Shown here piece after piece: positions 39,110 to 50,856 of a stretch of DNA of 64,000 nucleotides. The notes beneath the pieces were generated by a model. That model saw only the letters and a program-made list of their open reading frames with translations. It was not told where the DNA came from and searched no databases. Each line of letters begins with the position of its first letter. Position 1 is the first letter of the stretch. The translations under genes were made by a program, and so were the position numbers. Source of the stretch: an uncultured bacterium (GTDB taxonomy: Bacteria; Gemmatimonadota; Gemmatimonadetes; Longimicrobiales; RSA9); contig CALCID010000119.1 of the NCBI GenBank assembly GCA_937907535.1, forward strand, positions 69,243-133,242. The letters run 5' to 3'.

Positions 39110-39747
39110 GCAAGGGTGGAAAAGGAAGGCACCTGAAGCGCCGGCTCCTCGCCGGGCTGGTGGTCATCGCGCCGGCCGGCATTACGGCGTACGTTGTCTG
39201 GTGGATCTTCCGGCGCCTCGACGGACTGCTCGGCCAGTTCCTCTACCCGGCCATCGGCCGGTCGATACCGGGACTCGGCCTGCTCCTGCTCCTCGCGATC
39301 CTGTACGGCGTGGGCTGGGCCACGGAGCGGGCCGTCGGCGCCAGGATCCTCGGGCTCTGGCACGGCCTCCTCGAACGGCTCCCGGTCGCCCGGCGGCTGT
39401 ACGGAGCCGTCAACCGGGTCGTCGGCACGGTGTTCGGCGAGGACCGCCGGTTCTTCCGGCAGGTGGTCCTGGTCGAGTACCCTTCCGAGGGAATCTGGTC
39501 CGTCGGATTCGTGACGGGCAAAGCGCTGGGCGATGTGCCCGGGCCCCCTGACGAGAACGTGACGGTCTTCATCCCGACGGTGCCGAACCCCACGACCGGG
39601 TTCCTGATCGTGGTGCCGCGGGACAGGACGATCGTCCTGCACATGACGATCGAGGAAGCATTCACGTACATCCTCTCGGCCGGCGCCGTGCGGCCCGGCG
39701 GAGAGCTGGCCGCGCCGCACGACGCGGCGGCGCGCGAAGCCATGTGA
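39106..39747 (+). CDS. DUF502-family membrane protein
   Basis: LLAGLVVIAPAGITAYVVWWIF..IPGLGLLL..VFIPTVPNPTTGFLIVVPR..MTIEEAFTYILSAG. GTG 39106 overlaps the ybeY stop (GTGA); the ORF is open from 39064. Confidence 0.75.
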   Translation: MSKGGKGRHLKRRLLAGLVVIAPAGITAYVVWWIFRRLDGLLGQFLYPAIGRSIPGLGLLLLLAILYGVGWATERAVGARILGLWHGLLERLPVARRLYGAVNRVVGTVFGEDRRFFRQVVLVEYPSEGIWSVGFVTGKALGDVPGPPDENVTVFIPTVPNPTTGFLIVVPRDRTIVLHMTIEEAFTYILSAGAVRPGGELAAPHDAAAREAM

Positions 39748-41117
39748 GGGATATGACGGAGATCCGGATCGCGGAAGATCCGCGGGAGCGGCTCGCGCAG
39801 GTGAGGGGCATGCTGGATGCCCGCGACACGGATCGCCTCACGGTTTACCTCTCCGAATTCCATCCGAGCGACCTCGCGGACCTCCTCGCCGAGCTGGACG
39901 AGGAGGATCGGATCCTGTTGCTCGACCTGCTCCCGGCCAGCATCGCCTCGGAAGCCCTCGCCGAGATGGCCAGCGAGGAGCGGCCGGAGGCGCTCCTCGC
40001 CTCGCTCGAACCCGAACGGATCGGCCAGCTCGTCGCCGAGCTGCCGGACGACGATGCCGTCGACCTGATCGGCGAGCTGCCGCCGGAGGAGCAGGCCCGG
40101 ATCCTGGCCACGCTGCCCGGCGAAGAGGCCGGCGAGCTCCGCGAGCTGCTCCAGTACGACGAGGAATCCGCCGGCGGCATCATGACCACCGAGCTGGTCG
40201 CGGTGTCCGTCCACCTGACCGTCGGCGAAGCGATCGAGGCCGTGAGGCAGCAGGCGAAGGAGATCAGCGGCGAGTTCTACACGGTGTTCGTCGTCGATCT
40301 CTTCAATCGCCTTCTCGGCACGGTCAGCCTCCAATCCCTCGTGGTGGCCGAGCCCGGTACGCGGCTCACCGATCTGGTCGAGCCGCCCGCGGCCACGGTG
40401 ACCGTGGACATGGACCAGGAGGAGGTCGGCCGCATCATCGCGCGCTACAACCTCCCCTCGGTGGCCGTGGTGGACTCCCAGAACCGTCTGCTCGGCAGGG
40501 TCACCTGGGATGACGTGATCGATGTGATCGAGGCGGAGCAGACCGAGGACATCCTGCGCATGGGCGGCGTGGTGGCGGAGGAGGAGATCCGGGGCGGCTG
40601 GGTCGACGCCGTGCGGAGCCGACTCCCGTGGCTCTTCGTGAACCTCGCCACCGCCTCCATCGGGGCGGCGATCGTCTACAAGTTCCAGGACGTGATCGAA
40701 CGCGCGGTCATCCTGGCGGCGATCATGCCCGTGGTCGCGGGGTTGGGGGGCAACGCGGGCACCCAGGCGCTGGCGGTCACCGTCCGGCGCCTCGCCCTGA
40801 CGGATGAGAGCACCGCGCGCCGCTTCGGCGTGGTCCTGAAAGAGCTGGCGGTCGGGCTGGTCAACGGCGCCGCGCTGGGCGCCTTCGTCGGCCTCGTGAG
40901 CTACTTCTGGATGGGCGACCCCAAGCTCGGCTTCGTGGTCCTCCTCGCCATGTGGGGCAACCTGATCGTGGCCTCGATCGCCGGGGCGTTCGTGCCGATC
41001 CTCCTGGAGCGTCTGGGCGCGGACCCGGCCGTGGCATCTTCGATCTTCGTGACCACGTTCACGGACGTGGGCGGCTTCTTCCTCCTGCTTGGGCTCGCTT
41101 CGGCCCTGATCCTATGA
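39744..41117 (+). CDS. mgtE: Magnesium transporter MgtE
   Basis: N-domain with acidic helices, tandem CBS region (GGIMTTELV..; ..LPSVAVVD..LLGRVT), and a C-terminal membrane domain with GGNAGTQ. GTG 39744 overlaps the upstream stop; an alternative ATG lies at 39753. Confidence 0.9.
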   Translation: MRDMTEIRIAEDPRERLAQVRGMLDARDTDRLTVYLSEFHPSDLADLLAELDEEDRILLLDLLPASIASEALAEMASEERPEALLASLEPERIGQLVAELPDDDAVDLIGELPPEEQARILATLPGEEAGELRELLQYDEESAGGIMTTELVAVSVHLTVGEAIEAVRQQAKEISGEFYTVFVVDLFNRLLGTVSLQSLVVAEPGTRLTDLVEPPAATVTVDMDQEEVGRIIARYNLPSVAVVDSQNRLLGRVTWDDVIDVIEAEQTEDILRMGGVVAEEEIRGGWVDAVRSRLPWLFVNLATASIGAAIVYKFQDVIERAVILAAIMPVVAGLGGNAGTQALAVTVRRLALTDESTARRFGVVLKELAVGLVNGAALGAFVGLVSYFWMGDPKLGFVVLLAMWGNLIVASIAGAFVPILLERLGADPAVASSIFVTTFTDVGGFFLLLGLASALIL

Positions 41118-42820
41118 AACGCTGGCGCCGGGCCCTCGTCATTGTCACCCGGCTCACCCCGTTCCTGCTGGCGTTCCTCCGGGACCGGCGCCGCTGGATC
41201 CTGTTCGGCGGGCGGCCGGTCCGCAAGCCGGGCGTGCACGAAAAGCGCGCCGAGAAGCTGACCGCGACCCTCGCCGCCCTCGGCCCCACTTTCATCAAGC
41301 TCGCCCAGGTCTTCAGCGCACGCGCCGACATCCTGCCGGAGCCGTACCTCTCGGCGATCGGCCGGCTCCAGGATCGGGTCCCGCCCGTTCCGCCGGAGTC
41401 CATCATCGCCGTGATCGAGAGCGAGCTCGGCCGGCCCGTGGACGAAGTCTTCCACGGCTTCGACCGGGAACCGGTCGCGGCCGCGAGTCTCGGCCAGGTC
41501 CACCGTGCGCGCATCTTGATCCGTGCGCCCGTCGGCTCTGGCACGAGGGACGGCACGCCGCCCGAGCGCGTCGAGGAGGTGGCGGTCAAGGTACTGCGCC
41601 CCGGCGTCGAGGAGCTCGTCGCCGTGGATCTCGACATCTCCTTCCGGCTCCTCTTCCTCCTCAACATACTCTTCCCGAACCACCACGTGCGCGCGCTCAC
41701 GAACGTGGTCCGGGAGTTCAGCGTGCGGGTCCGGGAGGAGATGGACTTCCGGGAAGAGGCCGCCCACATGGCCCTCTTCCACAAGCACTTCGAGGGCGAT
41801 CTCCGAGTCCGCGCCCCGCGTGTCTACGACGCCTACACGCGCCGCCGCGTGCTCGTCATGGAGTGGGTCCAGGGCGACAAGGTAGACCGCCTCGCCGATC
41901 GCTTCGCGGCCGGCGAGCTGAGCTTCACCCGCCTCATGGAGACGCTCACCGAGGTCTACCTCCGTATGCTCCTCGTCGCCGGGTTCGTGCACGCGGACCC
42001 GCATCCGGGAAACATCCTGGTGACCGCGGACGGCACGATCGTCTTCCTCGACTGGGGCATGGTCGTCCAGCTCAGCCGGTCCCACCGGGACGCGATCCTG
42101 CGCACCGCCCTCGCCGCGGGCCGCGAGGACCTGGACGGCATGATCAACGGGATGTACGAGCTCGGCATGATCGAAACGAGCATCTCCCGCGCCGAGATCC
42201 GGGATGCGGCCGCCGAGATCATGGAGATCCTCGGCCAGACCCGTGAGTTCGGGCCCCGGCGCGTCCAGGAGATGGTCCAGCGGATCATGAACACGTTCTA
42301 CACCTGGCCGCTCATCCTCCCACAAGAGCTCGTCTACTTCTTCCGGGCCGCCGCGCTCCTCGAGGGGATCGGCTTCCGTTACGATCCGCACTTCAACGGA
42401 CTGGAGCTCGCCCGGACCGTCATCCGACGCATGCGGGGCGAGCTCCTGCGTGCCACGCTGCGCGAGCCGAGCGAGGTCGCGCGCGGGCTCGTGGACGAGG
42501 TCCGCGCCACCCTCCAGGCCGTGCGGGAGGTGCTGCGCCGCGCCGAACGCGAGGAGTTCCGGGTCCGGATCCATCCCCGGGACCAGCTGCACATGGAGCG
42601 CTTCCTCATGCTCCAGGTCCGGCGCATCCTGCTCAGTCTGTTCGCGGTGACGACCGCCCTGATCACGGCCATCACCTTCCTCGCGCTGCGCAGCATCTGG
42701 CTCCTGGTCGGCGGTCTCGGCGTGGCGCTCTTCATGTTCATCATCGTCCTCTTCGTGCCGAGCCACCTCCTGGAGAACCCGCTCCGTCACGCCCGGGGAT
42801 TGCGGCCGCCGGGCCGGTGA
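41114..42820 (+). CDS. ubiB: ABC1/UbiB-family atypical kinase
   Basis: From ATG 41114 (ATGA overlap): LGPTFIKLAQVFSARADILPEPY..AAASLGQVHRA..FVHADPHPGNILV, with C-terminal TM helices. Confidence 0.85.
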   Translation: MKRWRRALVIVTRLTPFLLAFLRDRRRWILFGGRPVRKPGVHEKRAEKLTATLAALGPTFIKLAQVFSARADILPEPYLSAIGRLQDRVPPVPPESIIAVIESELGRPVDEVFHGFDREPVAAASLGQVHRARILIRAPVGSGTRDGTPPERVEEVAVKVLRPGVEELVAVDLDISFRLLFLLNILFPNHHVRALTNVVREFSVRVREEMDFREEAAHMALFHKHFEGDLRVRAPRVYDAYTRRRVLVMEWVQGDKVDRLADRFAAGELSFTRLMETLTEVYLRMLLVAGFVHADPHPGNILVTADGTIVFLDWGMVVQLSRSHRDAILRTALAAGREDLDGMINGMYELGMIETSISRAEIRDAAAEIMEILGQTREFGPRRVQEMVQRIMNTFYTWPLILPQELVYFFRAAALLEGIGFRYDPHFNGLELARTVIRRMRGELLRATLREPSEVARGLVDEVRATLQAVREVLRRAEREEFRVRIHPRDQLHMERFLMLQVRRILLSLFAVTTALITAITFLALRSIWLLVGGLGVALFMFIIVLFVPSHLLENPLRHARGLRPPGR

Positions 42821-43003
42821 GGGGGCGGGCTGGTCGCCGGCGGCGTCGCCGCCCCGCCGACGCCCCGGACCGCGACAACCGCTGCCGTGGCGACGAAACC
42901 CTGTTGGTCACCGGCGCAATTTGCTAACTTCAAAAATTAACACCCACGCCGGCCGGTCCGGATCGACGGCGGCCCGCCTTCACCCCTTCCAGCGAGACGC
43001 ACC

Positions 43004-43489
43004 ATGAACGAACTCCAGCTCACGAGCGTACCGGTCATGCGGACGGGGATGCTCATCCGCCGGCCCGTCGAGGAGGTCTTCGAGGCGTTCGTCGATCCGG
43101 CGATCACGTCCCGCTTCTGGTTCACCCGGGGCACCGGCCGCCTCGAACCGGGCGCCGAGGTCGAGTGGCACTGGGACATGTACGGCGTTTCGGCGCCGGT
43201 CACCGTGAAGGCGTTCGAACCCAACGAGCGCATCCTCATCGAGTGGCCGGACGTGAACGGCCCGACCACCGTGGAGTGGCGGTTCACACCCCAGGAGGAT
43301 GGCTCGACGTTCGTCACCATCACGAACGCGGGGTTCCTCGGCACCGGGGACGAGGTGGTGAGCCAGGCCATAGACTCGACCGAGGGGTTCACCCTGGTCC
43401 TGGCCGGGCTCAAGGCGTACCTCGAGCACGGCGTTGCGCTGAATCTGGTCGCGGACCGGTACCCGCAGGGGATCGAGGCCGGCGCCTAG
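43004..43489 (+). CDS. SRPBCC (AHSA1/START-like) domain protein
   Basis: RRPVEEVFEAFVDPAITSRFWF..RILIEWPD..VEWRFTPQEDGSTFVTITNAGF. Confidence 0.75.
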   Translation: MNELQLTSVPVMRTGMLIRRPVEEVFEAFVDPAITSRFWFTRGTGRLEPGAEVEWHWDMYGVSAPVTVKAFEPNERILIEWPDVNGPTTVEWRFTPQEDGSTFVTITNAGFLGTGDEVVSQAIDSTEGFTLVLAGLKAYLEHGVALNLVADRYPQGIEAGA

Positions 43490-44116
43490 GCTGCTCGCCC
43501 CGTCGCCGGACCGTGGTGTGGAATCGTCGGTGCGTGGAGCCTTTCGGGGGTGCACCCGGACGTGCCACGGACCCGCGCGTCGGGCTGATCGCATCGCAGA
43601 GGGGCGGATGGCCGGGCGCAGGCCGGCTTCCGGGCGGACGGTCCGTGCGGCCACGGCCGCCCGCGCCTTCGGCGATGGCGGGCGCCCGCGGCGCGGCCGC
43701 TTCGCCGCGGGCCGTCCGGGATCCTCGGTCCCGAAACCGGGAAGCCGGATGCAGCAACCATCCCGGTCCGGAACGCCCCGCACACCGATTCCGTGTTCGA
43801 GATCGAGGGCGGCGCACCCCTGATCCCGTTCCTGACCGGCGCGCACACGGCCGTCCTGGCCGCGTGGTCGTGGTTCCGCAAACGGCGCGGGAGCCAGGAG
43901 GGGTGAGCCCGGCGGTCGGACTCGCCGGCGCCTGACGCCCCCGGCCGGGCTGGACCTCGCCCTCGCGGGCGGCACCCGGCGTCCGGCCCGCACGGGCGGC
44001 TCGTGCAGCCGTGTCTGTGCGCATGCCCGTACACGTTCCGCGCACGGGCGCCCGCTAGCACGGGCGTCCCCCCGTTCGTTTGACTCGGCCCGCCCGCTTT
44101 CGCCATCTTTCTCTCC

Positions 44117-45352
44117 ATGCGAGACGATGTATCCAGAGAGATTCGACTGAGCAATCGGCAGCGCGAGCTCCTTGCCCGTTTCGAGGCCGGGGAGCGGGCC
44201 GCGCTCGCGCGGCTGATCTCCATGGTAGAGAACGAGCGGGAGGCGGCTGCGGCGCTGCTCGATGCGCTGCACCCCCGTCTCGGCCGCGCGCACCGGATCG
44301 GGATCACGGGCCCGCCCGGGGCGGGGAAGTCCACCATGACCGCGGCGCTCGTGGCCGGCTATCGCCGTGCAGGGGAGCAGGTCGCCGTGATCGCGGTCGA
44401 CCCGACGTCGCCCTTCACGGGCGGTGCACTCCTCGGCGACCGGATCCGGATGAACGAGCTGGCCACGGACCCGGGCGTGTTCATCCGCTCCATGGCCTCG
44501 CGCGGCGCGCTGGGCGGCCTGGCGCTGGCCACCAAGGAAGTGGCGGACGTGCTGGACGCGTTCGGGTTCGACCGCATCCTGATCGAGACCGTGGGCGTGG
44601 GGCAGTCCGAGCTGGACATTGCGGCGGCCGCGGACACCACCATCGTGGTGCTGGTCCCGGAGTCCGGGGACGCGATCCAGGCCATGAAGGCCGGGCTCAT
44701 GGAGATCGCGGACCTGTACGTGGTGAACAAGGCGGACCGTCCGGGCGCCCAGCGGCTCGCGAAGGAAATCGAGGTGATGCTGAACCTGCGCACGGGGCGG
44801 TATCTCCGAAACCTCCCCGCGCACCACGGCGTGGACCTGTCCCGGATGGGCCGGTCGGCCGAGCGGCGTGTGCGGGGCGTGGACCCGGACGCGACCGGCC
44901 GTCGGGCGGACGTCTCTGCGGCCCGGTCGCCGGCCGGGCCAGTGGACGGAGACCGGGCCGCCGGCGGCCAGCCCGGTACGGCTGCCGGCCCGGAGCCGCA
45001 GCCTGGCGCGCCGGCCGAGATGGGTAGCGCCGGGGCGTCCCAGCCGGCGGCGGAGCCCTGGAATCCGCCCGTGCTCCTCACCGTGGCCAGTGAAGGGAAG
45101 GGCGTGGACGAGGTGATCGACGCCGTCTCCCGGCACCGGGCGTGGCTCGAGGCGTCGGGGGAGCTGATCCGCCGCCGCCGGGCGCGGCTCGCCGAGAGGG
45201 TGCGCGGCGTCGTCGCCCGGGAACTGAACCGGATCACGTGGACGGAGAAGGCCGGCGCCGAGATCCTGGACGCGTCGCTGGACGCCCTCGAGTCCGGCGA
45301 GGTCACCCCGTACGAGGTGGCGGTGCGAATCGTGCGCGCCGCTGTGGGGTAA
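44117..45352 (+). CDS. meaB: Methylmalonyl-CoA mutase-associated G-protein chaperone MeaB/ArgK, with a long low-complexity insert
   Basis: [57 protein letters not shown]. Confidence 0.9.
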   Translation: MRDDVSREIRLSNRQRELLARFEAGERAALARLISMVENEREAAAALLDALHPRLGRAHRIGITGPPGAGKSTMTAALVAGYRRAGEQVAVIAVDPTSPFTGGALLGDRIRMNELATDPGVFIRSMASRGALGGLALATKEVADVLDAFGFDRILIETVGVGQSELDIAAAADTTIVVLVPESGDAIQAMKAGLMEIADLYVVNKADRPGAQRLAKEIEVMLNLRTGRYLRNLPAHHGVDLSRMGRSAERRVRGVDPDATGRRADVSAARSPAGPVDGDRAAGGQPGTAAGPEPQPGAPAEMGSAGASQPAAEPWNPPVLLTVASEGKGVDEVIDAVSRHRAWLEASGELIRRRRARLAERVRGVVARELNRITWTEKAGAEILDASLDALESGEVTPYEVAVRIVRAAVG

Positions 45353-45396
45353 CCTCGGGACGGTGCGGCCTTCCATTTCCGACCGGATGGAGAACC

Positions 45397-47118
<1,722 letters not shown>

Positions 47119-47126
47119 GCCAGTCC

Positions 47127-47152
47127 GCGCGGGCGCAACGGAGCGCCCGCGC
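47127..47152 (+). terminator. Perfect 10-bp GC hairpin 9 nt after the mutase large-chain stop
   Basis: GCGCGGGCGC aacgga GCGCCCGCGC. No U-tract. It lies 25 nt before the next start. Confidence 0.4.
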
Positions 47153-47176
47153 CGCGGCGGGGTGGCGGAGATTTCC

Positions 47177-47920
47177 ATGGCCTGGTGGCGCACCTACTTC
47201 GACGACGCCTTCTTCGACCTCCACGACCCGCTCTTCCCGGAAGAGCTGAGTCGACGCGAAGTGGCGGGCATGCTCCAGTTGCTCGGGCTGCCCGCCGGCG
47301 CCCGCATCCTGGATGTCCCCTGCGGATGGGGGCGGCACACGCGCCTCTTCCCGGAGGTCGGGCACGAGGCGTTCGGAGCCGACCTCTCCGAGCCGCTCCT
47401 GCGGCGCGCCGTCCGCGACGCCCGCGACGCCGGCTTCCCGGCCCGGTTCGCCGCCGCGGACCTGCGCGCGCTTCCGTTCCGGGATGGGGTTTTCGACGCC
47501 GTCATCAACGTCTTCACCAGCCTCGGCCTCTTCCTGGAGGACGAGCAGGACATCCTCGCGCTCCGGGAGGCCCGGAGGGTGCTCCGCCCGGGAGGGTTGT
47601 TGCTGCTCGAGAGCATGCACCGGGACGACGTCGTCTGTAGCTACGCCGCCCGCGACCGGTGGACGCTCCCGGACGGCACCGAGGTCCGGGTGCGCCGGCG
47701 CTTCGACGCCGTGGCCGGGATCAGCTACGAGACGCTCCGCTGGCGCCGAGGCGAAGCCAGGGGCGAGAAGAAGCACGCGCTCCGCCTCCGCACCGCCACC
47801 GAGATCGCCGGGCTCCTCGCCGCCGCCGGCTTCACCGACGTCCGGTGGTACGGCGACTGGGACGGCACGCCCTTCACCCACGAGGCCACCAGCGTGATCG
47901 CCGTGGCGACCGCCCCGTAG
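47177..47920 (+). CDS. Class I SAM-dependent methyltransferase
   Basis: ILDVPCGWGRH (motif I)..GADLSE..FDAVINVFTSLG. ATG 47177 has a GGAG 7 nt upstream; the ORF is open from GTG 47162. Confidence 0.8.
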   Translation: MAWWRTYFDDAFFDLHDPLFPEELSRREVAGMLQLLGLPAGARILDVPCGWGRHTRLFPEVGHEAFGADLSEPLLRRAVRDARDAGFPARFAAADLRALPFRDGVFDAVINVFTSLGLFLEDEQDILALREARRVLRPGGLLLLESMHRDDVVCSYAARDRWTLPDGTEVRVRRRFDAVAGISYETLRWRRGEARGEKKHALRLRTATEIAGLLAAAGFTDVRWYGDWDGTPFTHEATSVIAVATAP

Positions 47921-48441
47921 CCCATCCGACGTCCCGGCACGCCGACCGACACCACCCCATCCCTTCCCACGGCCGACGGGCCGGCGCGCCGGCATCGTGC
48001 GCTGACGCGAGCGTGTCCTGCCGGGATGCCCCGCCCGGAGTCTCCGTCGGGTGGCCACGCGTACGCCTTGTACGCGGCCGACCAGCCCGCCAGCGCTGCC
48101 GGCCGCACCTCGCCCGGCGGGGCGTCCCCGACCACCGCCCCATCCGCCGCGTTCGGCTCCTGCCCGTCGCCATCCCGCGGATCGCCGCCGTGTCGGACCC
48201 TCCGGCCCGGTCCTGCCAGGGGGCGCCTCCGGGTCCACCCGGAGCCACTCCCCCGCCCGACAGACCGTCCATGGCCCTACCGGAGTCGGCGTTGCCTGGC
48301 ATCCCGGCGCCGCCGGCTCTGTCCGACGGCCTGCCCCGGGTTTGCCCGCCCCGGGGAGGGAAGTGGCTCGATCGCGTAAGTGATTGTGGGTATACGACTT
48401 GCCTGACTTACTTGGTGAACGCCGAGTGATTCGGAGGCACC

Positions 48442-48960
48442 ATGAGAGTCGCAAGCGCCCGATTCCTGACTCTGTTGGTCAGCGCATGGGTATCGGTTGC
48501 GGCGGCGGCGGAGCTTGCGGTGGACCGCGCCGCCCACGAGCTTGCCGATGCCGCGCCGATGCGGATCAGGGTGAGTCTGTCCCAACGCCGGTTGACCGTG
48601 CTCGAGGGCGGGAAGGCCGTCAAGTCGTACCCGATCGCGGTGGGCCGGCCGAGCAACCCCACGCCGACGGGGAGCTACCGGACGGGGAGGATCGTCTGGA
48701 ATCCGGGGTGGGTGCCGCCGCCCCGGGACTGGGCGAAGAACATGAAGCCGCGCGCCCCGGGCGACCCCCGGAACCCGATGCAGGGCGTGAAGATCTACTT
48801 TCGGGAGCCATGGTATTACATTCATGGCACCAACGACCCGGCGTCCATCGGCAAGGCCGCGTCTCGCGGATGCATCCGCATGCGGCCGTCGGACGCCATC
48901 GACCTGGCACGACGGATCCAGCGGAACGGGGGAAGCGTGCCGCTCGTGATCGTGCACTGA
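48442..48960 (+). CDS. L,D-transpeptidase (YkuD domain), secreted
   Basis: Signal peptide; YPIAVGRPSNPTPTG..YIHGTNDPASIGKAASRGCIRM (His/Cys catalytic motif). Confidence 0.88.
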   Translation: MRVASARFLTLLVSAWVSVAAAAELAVDRAAHELADAAPMRIRVSLSQRRLTVLEGGKAVKSYPIAVGRPSNPTPTGSYRTGRIVWNPGWVPPPRDWAKNMKPRAPGDPRNPMQGVKIYFREPWYYIHGTNDPASIGKAASRGCIRMRPSDAIDLARRIQRNGGSVPLVIVH

Positions 48961-49121
48961 TGCGGGGCGCGCGGCCGCGAGCGACAGTCTGAGCACGGCC
49001 AGCCGAAGCGGGCCGATGCCCCCGTCCGGTCCCGATTCCGGGGCAGGGCGGGGGCGCGATTCCGTTCGTGCCGGGGCCCGGGCCACCACCGGGCGAGGAC
49101 TCCACTGGAGAGGAGGATCCT

Positions 49122-49478
49122 ATGAACATCCTGCTGTCCTGGCTGGTCCTGTCGTTCGCGGTATGGCTGACGGCCATGATCCTCCCGGGGATCCACGTGA
49201 AGAGCTTCGGCAGCGCGATCATCGTGGCGGCCATCTTCGGGGTGCTGAACTTCCTCCTCGGCTGGCTCTTCTTCGCGGTCTTCGCCATCGCCACGCTGGG
49301 GATCGCCGTGCTGCTGGCGTTCATCACCCGGTGGATCATCAACGCGATCCTGCTCAAGATCACGGACGCGCTGACGGACCGGTTGAGGGTGGACGGCTTC
49401 GGCTGGGCGCTCGGCGGTGCGCTTATGATCTCGCTCCTGAGCACCGTAGGGGACTGGCTGCTCCGCGCGGTGTTCTGA
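49122..49478 (+). CDS. Phage-holin-4_2/YvlD (DUF360)-like small membrane protein
   Basis: From ATG 49122 (AGGAGG upstream): [65 protein letters not shown]. Confidence 0.7.
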   Translation: MNILLSWLVLSFAVWLTAMILPGIHVKSFGSAIIVAAIFGVLNFLLGWLFFAVFAIATLGIAVLLAFITRWIINAILLKITDALTDRLRVDGFGWALGGALMISLLSTVGDWLLRAVF

Positions 49479-49490
49479 AGCCGCCGGCGG

Positions 49491-49528
49491 GCCGTGCCGC
49501 GCTGTTTCGGCCCGGCACGCGGCACGGC
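49491..49528 (+). terminator. Perfect 11-bp GC hairpin 13 nt after the holin-like gene
   Basis: GCCGTGCCGCG (49491-49501), a 16-nt loop, then CGCGGCACGGC (49518-49528). Confidence 0.45.
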
Positions 49529-49636
49529 TCCTGGACGCCGCTTCGGAGCCCGGCCCGCCGCACGGCCTCGGGTGGAGGGATCCGGTGCGCGGGCGTGGCC
49601 ATCCCGGATCCCCGGCTGCCGAGGCGTCGGTCGCCC

Positions 49637-50272
49637 TTGTGCCTGTCCGCGCTTCAATCCGGGTTCGGGGGCGACGTCATCCGGGCTCCCTTCGCGCTGC
49701 TCCTGGCCGCGTTCCTCTCCTTCGCCGCCCTCCCGGCGGTGGCGCAGGTGGCCGGGCGGGACCCGGCCGCGTGGCCGGCCCGGCGCTCCCGGCCGCGCCG
49801 GCCAGGCCGCCCATCGAGGCGATCCGCGCCCGGGTCGACTCCCTGGCTTCGCCGCCCGTGCACGCAGCGCCCGGGGCGGCCCGGCAGATCGTCGAACGGC
49901 GCGCCGCGGTCGAGCGCCTGGCGGCCGGCTCGGTCCCGGACAACGCGATCGTCCGCGGCGCCACCCCGCCTGCCTGCGCGATCCCGGCCGCTATGCCGCG
50001 GCCCGGACCGCCCCGCCCTCGACCTGCCCAGCCTCGTCCTCCAGGGCGGCAGGGATCACCAGCTCACGCCGGACGCGGACTTCCGCCGGTGGCGGAAAGC
50101 CTTCGATGCCCGGCCGAACGCCACCCTCGTCGAGCTCCCGTCCCTCGACCACCTCCTCATGCCGGGGGAAGTTGCGGCCACGCCCCGGCGTACGGGACTC
50201 CCGGATACGTCGACCCCCGGGGCGATCGAAGCCCCGGCTCGCTTCCTTGCCCGGCCCCCGGATCGCCGATAA
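49637..50272 (+). pseudogene. Decayed secreted alpha/beta-hydrolase gene (internal deletion plus several frameshifts)
   Basis: A signal-peptide-like [24 protein letters not shown] is present. Recognisable C-terminal hydrolase segments are spread over all three plus frames: [34 protein letters not shown]; [18 protein letters not shown]; [42 protein letters not shown]; [12 protein letters not shown]; [11 protein letters not shown]. No GxSxG nucleophile region is present. Confidence 0.5.
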
Positions 50273-50433
50273 GTTTCGGAGGCCGGCCGCTAGATTGCGC
50301 GATGATGGGTAGATCTGGCGGCCCGGCTGCCGCGCGCGGGCACGCGCTCCAGCCTTCGCGCGCGGTCCGGAGATCGGCGCCGCGTCCGCGCGGCCGTCCG
50401 ACGATCCCTGCAACGAGGCACCACATCCTGACG

Positions 50434-50856
50434 ATGGCGAACGAACGCAAGATCCGAGTCCTTGTGGCCAAGCCCGGGCTGGACGGGCACGACCGGGGGG
50501 CCAAAGTGATGGCCGCCGCCATGCGGGACGCGGGTTTCGAGGTGATCTACACGGGCCTGCACCAGACGCCGGAGATGATCGCGAACGCGGCGCTGCAGGA
50601 AGACGTGGACGTGGTCGCCCTGTCGATCCTCTCGGGTGCCCACATGACGCTCTTCCCGCGGGTGCTCGAGCTGCTGCGGGAGATGGGCATGGGTCACGTC
50701 TTGCTGACGGGCGGCGGCATCATCCCGCCGGAGGACATGGCCAGGCTCCAGGAGATGGGCGTGGGCCGGCTCTTCGGGCCGGGCACGCCGACCTCCGAAC
50801 CGATCGAGTACATCCGCGCCTGGTTCGCCGAGCATGGCCGTGACCGGGAGGAGTGA
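50434..50856 (+). CDS. Methylmalonyl-CoA mutase, small B12-binding chain
   Basis: From ATG 50434: [35 protein letters not shown] (DxHxxG cobalamin motif)..[15 protein letters not shown]. Confidence 0.9.
   Translation: MANERKIRVLVAKPGLDGHDRGAKVMAAAMRDAGFEVIYTGLHQTPEMIANAALQEDVDVVALSILSGAHMTLFPRVLELLREMGMGHVLLTGGGIIPPEDMARLQEMGVGRLFGPGTPTSEPIEYIRAWFAEHGRDREE

Noticed and set aside
42823-42870. Rho-independent terminator after ubiB
   Set aside because: Only a 6-bp GGCGGC/GCCGCC stem with a 3-nt loop pairs cleanly. The longer arms do not align when written out, and there is no U-tract.
43797-43910. 37-codon ORF (VFEIEGGAPLIPFLTGAHTAVLAAWSWFRKRRGSQEG) with one hydrophobic helix in the gap upstream of meaB
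   Set aside because: It has a GTG start with no SD-like motif, is very short, and overlaps the riboswitch-like motifs. I see no way to distinguish it from a chance ORF.
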